Assembly (NCBI GenBank): GCA_964016885.1
Contig: OZ024747.1
Location: forward strand, 32,426,001-32,490,000
Direction: 5' to 3'
Length of the DNA stretch: 64,000 bases
DNA from: Eledone cirrhosa
Lineage: Eukaryota
In this document: positions 15,370-29,859 of the stretch, in pieces
How positions within the stretch are numbered: the first letter of the stretch is position 1
Layout: every line of letters starts with the position of its first letter
The notes under the pieces: model-generated
What the model was told of the DNA's origin: nothing
Databases searched by the model: none
Seen by the model: only the letters and a program-made list of their open reading frames with translations
Program-made: the position numbers and the translations under genes

Positions 15370-16479
15370 GAAATATATAGTACAGTATTACTGTTGAAAA
15401 TATATAGCATTACTTTTGAAAATATATAGTATAGTATTACTGTTGAAAATATATACTATAGTATTACTGTTGGAAATATATAGTACAGTATTACTATTGG
15501 AATTATATAGTACAGTATTACTGTTGAAAATATATAGTATAGTATTACTGTTGAAAATATATAGTATAGTATAGTATACGGTTGAAAATATATAGTACAG
15601 TATTACTGTTGAAAATATATAGTATAGTGTAACTGTTGAAAATATATAGTATAGTATTACTGTTGAAAACATAGTATAGTATTACTGTTGGAAATATACA
15701 GTATAGAATTACTGTTGAAAATATATGGTATAGTATAACTGTTGAAAATATATAGTACAGTATTACTGTTGAAAATATATAGTACAGTATTACTGTTGAA
15801 AATATATAGTATAGTATAACTGTTGAAAATATATAGTACAATATTACTGTTGAAAATATATAGTACAGTATTACTGTTCAAAATATATAGTATAGTATTA
15901 CAGCTGAAAATATATAGTATAGTATAGTATCACTGTTGGAAATATATAGTACAGCATTACTGTTGAAAATATATAGTACGATATTACTGTTGAAAATATA
16001 TAGTACAGTATTACTGTTGAAAATATATAGTATAGTATTACTGTTGAAAATATATAGTATAGTATTACTGGCGAAAACATAATATAGTATTACTGTTGAA
16101 AATATATAGTACAGTATTACTGTTGAAAATATATAGTATAGTATTACTGTCGAAAACATAATATAGTATTACTGTTGAAAATATATAGTATAGTATTACC
16201 ATTGAAAATATATAGTATAGTACTACTGTTGAAAATATATAGTATAGTATAGTACTACTGTTGAAAATATATAGTATAGTATTACTGTTGAAAATATATA
16301 GTATAGTATTACTGTGGAAATAATATAGTACAATATTATTGTTGAAAATATATAGTATAGTATTACTGTTGAAAATATATAGTATAGTATTACTGTTGAA
16401 AATATATAGTATAGTATTACTGTTGGAAATATATAGTATAGTATTACTGTTGGAAATATATAGTACAGTATTACTGTTG

Positions 16480-19400
16480 AAAATATACAGTATTACTTTT
16501 GATAAAATATAGTATAGTATTACTGTTGAAAATATATAGTATATTATAGTATTACTGTTGAAAATATATAGTATAGTATTATTGTTGAAAATATATAGTA
16601 TAGTATTACTGTTGGAAATATATAGTACAGTATTACTGTTGGAAATATATAGTATTACTGTTGAAAAGATATAGTATAGTATTACTGTTGAAAATATATA
16701 GTATAGTATTACTGTTGCAAATATATAGTATAGTATTACTGTTGGAAATATATAGTACAGTATTACTGTTGGAAATACATAGTATAGTATTACTGTTGAA
16801 AATATATAGTATAGTATTACTGTTGAAAATATATAGTATAGTATAGTATTACTGTTGAATATATATAGTATAGTATTACTGTTGAAAATATATAGTATAG
16901 TATTACTGTTGGATATATATAGTATAGTATTACTGTTGAAAATATATAGTACAATATTACTGTTGAAAATATATAGTATAGTAGAGTATTACTGTTGAAA
17001 ATATATAGTATAGTATTACTGTTGAAAATATATAGTATAGTATAGTATTACTGTTGAAAATATATAGTATAGTATTATTGTTGAAAATATAGAGTATAGT
17101 ATTACTGTTGAAAACATAATATAGTATTACTGTGGAAAATATATAGTACAGTATTACTGTTGAAATCATATAGTATTACTGTTAAAAATATATAGTATAG
17201 TATTACTGTTGAAAATATATTATAGTACTACTGTTGAAAATATATAGTATAGTACTACTGTTTATATATATAGTATATTATTACTGTTGAAAATATATAG
17301 TATAGTATAGTATTACTGTTGAAAATATATAGTATAGTATTATTGTTGAAAATATATAGTATAGTATTACTGTTAAAAATATATAGTATAGTATTACTGT
17401 TGAAAATATATTATAGTACTACTGTTGAAAATATATAGTATAGTATAGTATTACTGTTGAAAATATATAGTATAGTACTACTGTTGAAAATATATAGTAT
17501 ATTATTACTGTTGAAAATATATAGTATAGTATTACTGTTGAAAATATATAGTACAATATTACTGTTCAAAATATATAGTACAGTATTACTGTTGAAAATA
17601 TATAGTATAGTATTACTGTTGAAAATATATAGTATAGTATAGTATCACTGTTGGAAATATGTAGTACAGTATTACTGTTGAAAATATATAGTATAGTATT
17701 ACTGTTGAAAATATATAGTATAGTATTACTGTTGGAAATATATAGTACAGTATTACTGTTGAAAATATATAGTATAGTATTACTGTTGAAAATATATAGT
17801 ATAGTATTACTGTTGAAAATATATAGTATAGTATTACTGTTGAAAATATATAGTATAGTATAGTATTACTGTTGGAAATATATAGTATAGTATTATTATT
17901 GAAAATATATAGTATAGTATTACTGTTGGAAATATATAGTACAGTATTACTGTTGGAAATATATAGTATTACTGTTGAAAAGATATCGTAGAGTATTACT
18001 GTTGAAAATATATAATATAGTATTACTGTTGGAAATATATAGTACAGTATTACTATTGGAATTATATAGTACAGTATTACTGTTGAAAATATATAGTATT
18101 ACTGTTTAAAATATATAGTATAGTATTACTGTTGAAAATATATAGTATAGTATAGTATTACTGTTGAATATATATAGTATAGTATTATTGTTGAAAATAT
18201 ATAGTATAGTATTACTGTTGGAAATATATAGTACAGCATTACTGTTGGAAATATATAGTACAGTATTACTGTTGAAAATATATAGTATAGTATTACTGTT
18301 GAAAATATAGAGTATAGTATTACTGTTGAAAACATAATATAGTATTACTGTGGAAAATATATAGTACAGTATTACTGTTGAAAACATATAGTATTACTGT
18401 TAAAAATATATAGTATAGTATTACTGTTGAAAATATATTATAGTACTACTGTTGAAAATATATAGTATAGTACTACTTTCGAAAATATAATGTATATTAT
18501 TACTGTTGAAAATATATAGTACAATATTACTGTTCAAAATATATAGTACAGTATTACTGTTGAAAATATATAGTATAGTATTACTGTTGAAAATATATAG
18601 TATAGTATAGTATTACTGTTGGAAATATATAGTACAGTATTACTGTTGAAAATATATAGTATAGTATTACTGTTGAAAATATATAGTATAGTATTACTGT
18701 TGAAAATATATAGTATAGTATTACTGTTGAAAATATATAGTATAGTATAGTATTACTGTTGGAAATATATAGTATAGTATTATTATTGAAAATAGATAGT
18801 ATAGTATTACTGTTGGAAATATATAGTATAGTATTACTATTGGAAATATATAGTATAGTATTACTATTGGAAATATATAGTATAGTATTACTGTTGGAAA
18901 TATATAGTATAGTATTACTGTTGGAAATATATAGTACATTATTACTGTTGAAAATATATAGTATTACTTTTGATAAAATATAGTATAGTATTACTGTTGA
19001 AAATATATAGTATATTATAGTATTACTGTTGAAAATATATAGTATAGTATTATTGTTGAAAATATATAGTATAGTATTACTGTTGGAAATATATAGTACA
19101 GTATTACTGTTGGAAATATATAGTATTACTGTTGAAAAGATATAGTATAGTATTACTGTTGAAAATATATAGTATAGTATTACTGTTGCAAATATATAGT
19201 ATAGTATTACTGTTGGAAATATATAGTACAGTATTACTGTTGGAAATACATAGTATAGTGTTACTGTTGAAAATATATAGTATAGTATTACTGTTGAAAA
19301 TATATAGTATAGTATAGTATTACTGTTGAATATATATAGTATAGTATTACTGTTGAAAATATATAGTATAATATTACTGTTGAAAATATATAGTATAGTA

Positions 19401-19640
19401 TAGTATTACTGTTGAAAATATATAGTATAGTATTATTGTTGAAAATATAGAGTATAGTATTACTGTTGAAAACATAATATAGTATTACTGTGGAAAATAT
19501 ATAGTACAGTATTACTGTTGAAATCATATAGTATTACTGTTAAAAATATATAGTATAGTATTACTGTTGAAAATATATTATAGTACTACTGTTGAAAATA
19601 TATGGTATAGTACTACTGTTTAAAATATATAGTATATTAT
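16480..19640 (+). repeat. Duplicated block at offset ~2471 (about 16480-17260 vs 18950-19640)
   Basis: Identical ORFs at 16661/19132. Shared TTTTGATAAAA, GTTGCAAA, TTGAATATATA and GAAATCATA markers in the same order. Confidence 0.8.
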
Positions 19641-20469
19641 TACTGTTGAAAATATATAGTATAGTATTATTATTGAAAATATATAGTATAGTATTACTGT
19701 TGGAAATATATAGTACAGTATTACTGTTGGAAATATATAGTATTACTGTTGAAAAGATATAGTATAGTATTACCGTTGAAAATATATAGTATAGTATTAC
19801 TGTTGAAAATATATAGTATAGTATAGTATTACTGTTGAAAATATATAGTATAGTATTACTGTTGAAAACATAGTATAGTATTACTGTTGGAAATATACAG
19901 TATAGTATTATGGTTGAAAATATATGGTATAGTATTACTGTTGAAAATATATAGTATAGTATTACTGTTGAAAATATATAGTATAGTATTATTGTTAAAA
20001 ATACATGGTATAGTATTACTGTTGAAAACATAGTATAGTATTACTGTCCAAAACATAATATAGTATTACTGTTGAAAATATATTGTACAGTATTATTGTT
20101 GAAAGCATATAGTATTACTGTTAAAAATATATAGTATAGTATTACTTTTGAAAATATATAGTATAGTACTACTGTTGAAAATATATAGTATAGTACTACT
20201 GTTGAAAATATATAGTATAGTATTACTGTTGGAAATATATAGTACAATATTACTGTGGAAAATATATAGTATTACTGTTGAAAATATATAGTATAGTATT
20301 ACTGTTGAAAATATATAGTATATTATAGTATTACTGTTGAAAATATATAGTACAGTATTATTGTTGAAAATATATAGTATAGTATTACTGTTAGAAATAT
20401 ATAGTACAGTATTACTGTTGGAAATATATATTTCAGTATTACTGTTGAAAATATATAGTATAGTATAAC

Positions 20470-22600
20470 TGTTGAAAATATATAGTATAGTATTACTGTT
20501 GAAAACATAATATAGTATTACTGTTGAAAATATATAGTACAGTATTACTGTTGAACACATATAGTATTACTGTTAAAAATATATAGTATAGTATTACTGT
20601 TGAAAATATATAGTATAGTATAGTATCACTGTTGGAAATATATAGTACAATATTACTGTTGAAAATATATAGTACAATATTACCGTTGAAAATATATAGT
20701 ACAGTATTACTGTTGAAAATATATAGTATAGTATTACTGTTGAAAATATATAGTATAGTATTACTGGCGAAAACTTAATATAGTATTACTGTTGAAAATA
20801 TATAGTACAGTATTACTGTTGAAAATATATAGTATAGTATTACTGTCGAAAACATAATATAGTATTACTGTTGAAAATATATAGTACAGTATTACTGTTG
20901 AAAACATATATTATAGTATTACTGTTAAAAATATATAGTATAGTATTACCATTGAAAATATATAGTATAGTACTACTGTTGAAAATATATAGTATAGTAC
21001 TACTATTGAAAATATATAGTATAGTATTACTGTTGAAAATATATAGTGTAGTATTACTGTTGAAAATATATAGTACAATAATACTGTTGAAAATATATAG
21101 TACAGTATTACTGTTGAAAATATATAGTATAGTATTACTGTTCAAAATATATAGTATAGTATTACTGTTGGAAATATATAGTATAGTATTACTGTTGGAA
21201 ATATATAGTACATTATTACTGTTGAAAATATATAGTATTACTTTTGAAAAAATATAGTATAGTATTACTGTTGAAAATATATAGTATAGTATAGTATTAC
21301 TGTTGAAAATATATAGTATAGTATTATTGTTGAAAATATATAGTATAGTATTACTGTTGGAAATATATAGTACAGTATTACTGTTGGAAATATATAGAAT
21401 TACTGTTGAAAAGATATAGTATAGTATTACTGTTGAAAATATATAGTATAGTATTACTGTTGGAAATATATAGTATAGTATTACTGTTGGAAATATATAG
21501 TACAGTATTACTGTTGGAAATATATATTACAGTATTACTGTTGAAAATATATAGTATAGTATTACTGTTGAAAATATATAGTATAGTATTACTGTTGAAA
21601 ACATAATATAGTATTACTGTTGAAAATATATAGTACAGTATTACTGTTGAACACATATAGTATTACTGTTAAAAATATATAGTATAGTATTACTGTTGAA
21701 AATATATAGTATAGTATAGTATCACTGTTGGAAATATATAGTACAATATTACTGTTGAAAATATATAGTACAATATTACTGTTGAAAATATATAGTACAG
21801 TATTACTGTTGAAAATATATAGTATAGTATTACTGTTGAAAATATATAGTATAGTACTACTGGCGAAAACTTAATATAGTATTACTGTTGAAAATATATA
21901 GTACAGTATTACTGTTGAAAATATATAGTATAGTATTACTGTCGAAAACATAATATAGTATTACTGTTGAAAATATATAGTACAGTATTACTGTTGAAAA
22001 CATATATTATAGTATTACTGTTAAAAATATATAGTATAGTATTACCATTGAAAATATATAGTATAGTACTACTGTTGAAAATATATAGTATAGTACTACT
22101 GTTGAAAATATATAGTATAGTATTACTGTTGAAAATATATAGTGTAGTATTACTGTTGAAAATATATAGTACAATAATACTGTTGAAAATATATAGTACA
22201 GTATTACTGTTGAAAATATATAGTATAGTATTACTGTTCAAAATATATAGTATAGTATTACTGTTGGAAATATATAGTATAGTATTACTGTTGGAAATAT
22301 ATAGTACATTATTACTGTTGAAAATATATAGTATTACTTTTGAAAAAATATAGTATAGTATTACTGTTGAAAATATATAGTATAGTATAGTATTACTGTT
22401 GAAAATATATAGTATAGTATTATTGTTGAAAATATATAGTATAGTATTACTGTTGGAAATATATAGTACAGTATTACTGTTGGAAATATATAGTATTACT
22501 GTTGAAAAGATATAGTATAGTATTACTGTTGAAAATATATAGTATAATATTACTGTTGGAAATATATAGTATAGTATTACTGTTGGAAATATATAGTACA
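20470..22600 (+). repeat. Tandem duplication, period 1096 bp
   Basis: Identical ORFs at 20840/21936 and 20871/21967. TTGAACACAT at 20551 and 21647. Confidence 0.9.
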
Positions 22601-23529
22601 GTATTACTGTTGGAAATATATAGTACAGTATTACTGTTGAAAATACATAGTATAGTATTACTGTTGAAAATATATAGTATAGTATTACTGTTGAGAATAT
22701 ATAGTATAGTATAGTATCACTGTTGAAAATATATAGTATAGTATTACTGTTGAAAATATATAGTATATTATTACTGTTGGAAATATATAGTATAGTATTA
22801 CTGTTGAAAATATATAGTACAATATTACTGTTGAATATATATAGTATAGTATTACTGTTGAAAATATATAGTATAGTATTACTGTTGAAAATATATAGTA
22901 TAGTATTACTCTTGGAAATATATAGTACTGTATAACTGTTGAAAATATATAGTATTACTGTTGAAAATATATAGTATAGTATTACTGTTGAAAATATATA
23001 GTATAGTATAGTATTACTGTTGAAAATATATAGTATAGTATTATTGTTGAAAATATATAGTATAGTATTACTGTTGGAAATATATAGTACAGTATTACTG
23101 TTGGAAATATATAGTATTGCTGTTGAAAAGATATAGTATAGTATTACTGTTGAAAATATATAGTATAGTATTACTGTTGAAAATACATATTATAGTATTA
23201 CTGTTGGAAATATATAGTACAGTATTACTGTTGGAAATATATAGTACAGTATTACTGTTGAAAATATATAGTATAGTATTACTGTTGGAAATATATAGTA
23301 TCGTATTACTGTTGAAAATATATAGTATAGTATAGTATTACTGTTGAAAATATATAGTATAGTATTACTGTTGAAAATATATAGTATATTATTACTGTTG
23401 GAAATATATAGTATAGTATTACAGTTGAAAATATATAGTACAATATTACTGTTGAAAATATATAGTATAGTATAGTATTACTGTTGAAAATATATAGTAT
23501 AGTATTACTGTTCAAAATATATAGTATAG

Positions 23530-26500
23530 TATTACTGTTGAAAATATATAGTATTACTGTTGAAAATATATAGTATAGTATTACTGTTGAAAATATATAG
23601 TATAGTATAATATTACTGTTGAAAATATATAGTATAGTATTGTTGTTGAAAATATATAGTATAGTATAACTGTTAGAAATATATAGTACAGTATTACTGT
23701 TGGAAATATATATTACAGTATTACTGTTGAAAATATATAGTATAGTATTACTGTTGAAAATATATAGTATAGTATTATTGTTGAAAATATATAGTATAGT
23801 ATTACTGTTGTAAATATATAGTACAGTATTACTGTTGGAAATGTATAGTATTACTGTTGAAAAGATATAGTATAGTATTACTGTTGAAAATATATAGTAT
23901 AGTATTACTGTTGAAAATATATAGTACAGTATTACTGTTGAAAACATATAGTATTACTGTTAAAAATATATCGTATAGTATTACTGTTGAAAATATATAG
24001 TATAGTACTACTGTTGAAAATATATAGTATAGTACTACAGTTGAAATATATAGTATATTATTACTGTTGAAAATATATAGTATAGTATTACTGTTGAAAA
24101 TATATAGTACAATATTACTGTTGAAATTATATAGTACAGTATTACTGTTCAAAATATATAGTATAGTACTACTGTTGAAAATATATAGTATAGTATAGTA
24201 TCACTGTTGGAAATATATAGTACAGTATTACTGTTTAAAATATATAGTACAATATTACTGTTGAAAATATATAGTACAGTATTACTGTTGAAAATATATA
24301 GTATAGTATTACTGTCGAAAACATAATATAGTATTACTGTTGAAAATATATAGTACAGTATTACTGTTGAAAACATATATTATAGTATTACTGTTAAAAA
24401 TATATAGTATAGTATTACCATTGAAAATATATAGTATAGTACTACTGTTGAAAATATATAGTATAGTATAGTACTACTGTTGAAAATATATAGTATAGTA
24501 TTACTGTTGAAAATATATAGTATAGTATTACTGTTGAAAATATATAGTATAGTATTACTGTTGAAAATATATAGTACAATATTACTGTTGAAAATATAGA
24601 GAACAGTATTACTGTTGAAAATATATAGTATAGTATTACTGTTGAAAATATATAGTATAGTATAGTATCACTGTTGGAAATATATAGTACAGTATTACTG
24701 TTGAATATATATAGTATAGTATTACTGTTGAAAATATATAGTATAGTATTACTGTTGAAAATATATAGTATAGTATAGTATTACTGTTGGAAATATATAG
24801 TACAGTATTAATGTTGAAAATATATAGTATAGTATTACTGTTGAAAATATATAGTATAGTATTACTGTTGAAAATATATAGTATAGTATAGTATTACTGT
24901 TGGAAATATATAGTACAGTATTACTGTTGGAAATATATAGTATTACTGTTGAAAAGATATCGTCGAGTATTACTGTTGAAAATATATAGTATAGTATTAC
25001 TATTGGAATTATATAGTACAGTATTACTGTTGAAAATATATAGTATAGTATAGTATACGGTTGAAAATATATAGTACAGTATTACTGTTGAAAATATATA
25101 GTATAGTACAGTATTACTGTTGAAAATATATAGTATAGTATTACTGTTGGAAATATATAGTACAGTATTACTGTTGAAAATATATAGTATTACTTTTGAA
25201 AATATATAGTATAGTATTATTGTTGAAAATATATAGTATAGTATTACTGTTGGAAATATATAGTACAGTATTACTGTTGGAAATATATAGTATTACTGTT
25301 GAAAAGATATAGTATAGTATTACTGTTGAAAATATATAGTATAGTATTACTGTTGAAAATATATAGTATAGTATAGTATTACTGTTGAAAATATATAGTA
25401 TAGTATTATTATTGAAAATATATAGTATAGTATTACTGTTGGAAATATATAGTACAGTATTACTGTTGAAAATATATAGTATAGTGTAACTGTTGAAAAT
25501 ATATAGTATAGTATTACTGTTGAAAACATAGTATAGTATTACTGTTGGAAATATACAGTATAGTATTATTGTTGAAAATATATGGTATAGTATTACTGTT
25601 GAAAATATATAGTACAGTATTACTGTTGAAAATATATAGTACAGTATTACTGTTGAAAATATATAGTATAGTATTACTGTTGAAAATATATAGTACAGTA
25701 TTACTGTTAAAAATATATGGTATAGTATTACTGTTGAAAACATAGTATAGTATTACTGTCCAAAACATAATATAGTATTACTGTTGAAAATATATAGTAC
25801 AGTATTACTGTTGAAAGCATATAGTATTACTGTTAAAAATATATAGTATAGTATTACTGTTGAAAATATATAGTATAGTACTACTGTTGAAAATATATAG
25901 TATAGTACTACCGTTGAAAATATATAGTATAGTATTACTGTTGGAAATATATAGTACAGTATTAGTGTTGAAAATATATAGTATAGTATAGTATTACTGT
26001 TGAAAATATATAGTATTACTGTTGAAAATATTTAGTATAGTATTACTGTTGAAAATATATAGTATAGTATAATATTACTGTTGAAAATATATAGTATAGT
26101 ATTGTTGTTGAAAATATATAGTATAGTATAACTGTTAGAAATATATAGTACAGTATTACTGTTGGAAATATATATTACAGTATTACTGTTGAAAATATAT
26201 AGTATAGTATTACTGTTGAAAATATATAGTATAGTATTATTGTTGAAAATATATAGTATAGTATTACTGTTGTAAATATATAGTACAGTATTACTGTTGG
26301 AAATATATAGTATTACTGTTGAAAAGATATAGTATAGTATTACTGTTGAAAATATATAGTATAGTATTACTGTTGAAAATATATAGTACAGTATTACTGT
26401 TGAAAACATATAGTATTACTATTAAAATATATAGTATTATATTACTGTTGAAAATATATAGTATAGTACTACTGTTGAAAATATATAGTATAGTACTACA

Positions 26501-27900
26501 GTTGAAATATATAGTATATTATTACTGTTGAAAATATATAGTATAATATTACTGTTGAAAATATATAGTACAATATTACTGTTGAAAATATATAGTACAG
26601 TATTACTGTTCAAAATATATAGTATAGTACTACTGTTGAAAATATATAGTATAGTATAGTATCACTGTTGGAAATATATAGTACAGTATTACTGTTTAAA
26701 ATATATAGTACAATATTACTGTTGAAAATATATAGTACAGTATTACTGTTGAAAATATATAGTATAGTATTACTGTCGAAAACATAATATAGTATTACTG
26801 TTGAAAATATATAGTACAGTATTACTGTTGAAAACATATATTATAGTATTACTGTTAAAAATATATAGTATAGAATTACCATTGAAAATATATAGTATAG
26901 TACTACTGTTGAAAATATATAGTATAGTATAGTACTACTGTTGAAAATATATAGTATAGTATTACTGATGAAAATATATAGTATAGTATTACTGTTGAAA
27001 ATATATAGTATAATATTACTGTTGAAAATATATAGTACAATATTACTGTTGAAAATATATAGAACAGTATTACTGTTGAAAATATATAGTATAGTATTAC
27101 TGTTGAAAATATATAGTATAGTATAGTATCACTGTTGGAAATATATAGTACAGTATTACTGTTGAAAATATATAGTACAATATTACTGTTGAAAATATAT
27201 AGTACAGTATTACTGTTGAAAATATATAGTATAGTATTACTGTTGAAAATATATAGTATAGTATAGTATTACTGTTGGAAATATATAGTACAGTATTACT
27301 GTTGAAAATATATAGTATAGTATTACTGTTGAAAATATATAGTATAGTATTACTGTTGAAAATATATAGTATAGTATAGTATTACTGTTGGAAATATATA
27401 GTACAGTATTACTGTTGGAAATATATAGTATTACTGTTGAAAAGATATCGTCGAGTATTACTGTTGAAAATATATAGTATAGTATTACTATTGGAATTAT
27501 ATAGTACAGTATTACTGTTGAAAATATATAGTATAGTATAGTATACGGTTGAAAATATATAGTACAGTATTACTGTTGAAAATATATAGTATAGTACAGT
27601 ATTACTGTTGAAAATATATAGTATAGTATTACTGTTGGAAATATATAGTACAGTATTACTGTTGAAAATATATAGTATTACTTTTGAAAATATATAGTAT
27701 AGTATTACTGTTGAAAATATATAGTATAGTATAGTATTACTGTTGAAAATATATAGTATAGTATTATTGTTGAAAATATATAGTATAGTATTACTGTTGG
27801 AAATATATAGTACAGTATTACTGTTGGAAATATATAGTATTACTGTTGAAAAGATATAGTATAGTATTACTGTTGAAAATATATAGTATAGTATTACTGT
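23530..27900 (+). repeat. Duplication with period ~2461-2488 bp
   Basis: Identical ORFs at 24149/26610. Shared TTGTAAAT, ATAACTGTTAG and a 1-bp-deleted CAGTTGAAATAT monomer. GATATCGTCGAG at 24956 and 27444. Confidence 0.85.
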
Positions 27901-29859
27901 TGAAAATATATAGTATAGTATAGTATTACTGTTGAAAATATATAGTATAGTATTATTATTGAAAATATATAGTATAGTATTACTGTTGGAAATATATAGT
28001 GCAGTATTACTGTTGGAAATATATAGTATTACTGTTGAAAAGATATAGTATAGTATTACTGTTGAAAATATATAGTATAGTATTACTGTTGAAAATATAT
28101 ACTATAGTATTACTGTTGGAAATATATAGTACAGTATTACTATTGGAATTATATAGTACAGTATTACTGTTGAAAATATATAGTATAGTATAGTATACGG
28201 TTGAAAATATATAGTACAGTATTACTGTTGAAAATATATAGTATAGTGTAACTGTTGAAAATATATAGTATAGTATTACTGTTGAAAACATAGTATAGTA
28301 TTACTGTTGGAAATATAAAGTATAGTATTATTGTTGAAAATATATGGTATAGTATTACTGTTGAAAATATATAGTACAGTATTACTGTTGAAAATATATA
28401 GTACAGTATTACTGTTGAAAATATATAGTATTACTGTTGAAAATATATAGTACAGTATTACTGTTAAAAATATATGGTATAGTATTACTGTTGAAAACAT
28501 AGTATAGTATTACTGTCCAAAACATAATATAGTATTACTGTTGAAAATATATAGTACAATATTACTGTTGAAAGCATATAGTATTACTGTTAAAAATATA
28601 TAGTATAGTATTACTGTTGAAAATATATAGTATAGTACTACTGTTGAAAATATATAGTATAGTACTACTGTTGAAAATATATAGTATAGTATTACTGTTG
28701 GAAATATATAGTACAGTATTACTGTTGAAAATATATAGTATTACTGTTGAAAATATATAGTATAGTATTACTGTTGAAAATATATAGTATAGTATAGCAT
28801 TACTGTTGAAAATATATAGTACAGTATTATTGTTGAAAATATATAGTATAGTATTACTGTTAGAAATATATAGTACAGTATTACTGTTGGAAATATATAT
28901 TACAGTATTACCGTTGATAATATATAGTATAGTATTACTGTTGAAAATATATAGTATAGTATTACTGTTGAAAACATAATATAGTATTACTATTGAAAAT
29001 ATATAGTACAGTATTACTGTTGAAAACATATAGTATTACTGTTAAAAATATATAGTATAGTATTACTGTTGAAAATATATTATAGTACTAATGTTGAAAA
29101 TATATAGAATAGTACTACTGTTGAAAATATATAGTATATTATTACTGTTGAAAATATATTGTATAGTATTACTGTTGAAAATATATAGTACAATATTACT
29201 GTTGAAAATATATAGTACAGTATTACTGTTCAAAATATATAGTATAGTATTACTGTTGAAAATATATAGTATAGTATAGTATCACTGTTGGAAATATATA
29301 GTACAATATTACTGTTGAAAATATATAGTACAATATTACTGTTGAAAATATATAGTACAGTATTACTGTTGAAAATATATAGTATAGTATTACTGTTGAA
29401 AATATATAGTATAGTATTACTGGCGAAAACTTAATATAGTATTACTGTTAAAAATATATAGTACAGTATTACTGTTGAAAATATATAGTATAGTATTACT
29501 GGCGAAAACATAATATAGTATTACTGTTGAAAATATATAGTACAGTATTACTGTTGAAAATATGTAGTATAGTATTACTGTCGAAAACATAATATAGTAT
29601 TACTGTTGAAAATATATAGTACAGTATTACTGTTGAAAACATATATTATAGTATTACTGTTAAAAATATATAGTATAGTATTACCATTGAAAATATATAG
29701 TATAGTACTACTGTTGAAAATATATAGTATAGTATAGTACTACTGTTGAAAATATATAGTATAGTATTACTGTTGAAAATATATAGTATAGTATTACTGT
29801 TGAAAATATATAGTATAGTCTTACTGTTGAAAATATATAGTATAGTATTACTGGCGAAA

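Larger units (their letters stand above)
1..15400 (+). repeat. Left satellite sub-domain (variant set A)
   Basis: Diagnostic variants seen only here: GAAAAAAAAATATAG (A9 at 141, 2271, 5031, 10121), TTACTTGTGG (351, 2481, 5241, 10331), GTAAAGT, ATGCTATAG, ATGGTGTAG, TTATCGTTG and TTATGGTTG. The AAAAGAT monomer is absent. Confidence 0.8.
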
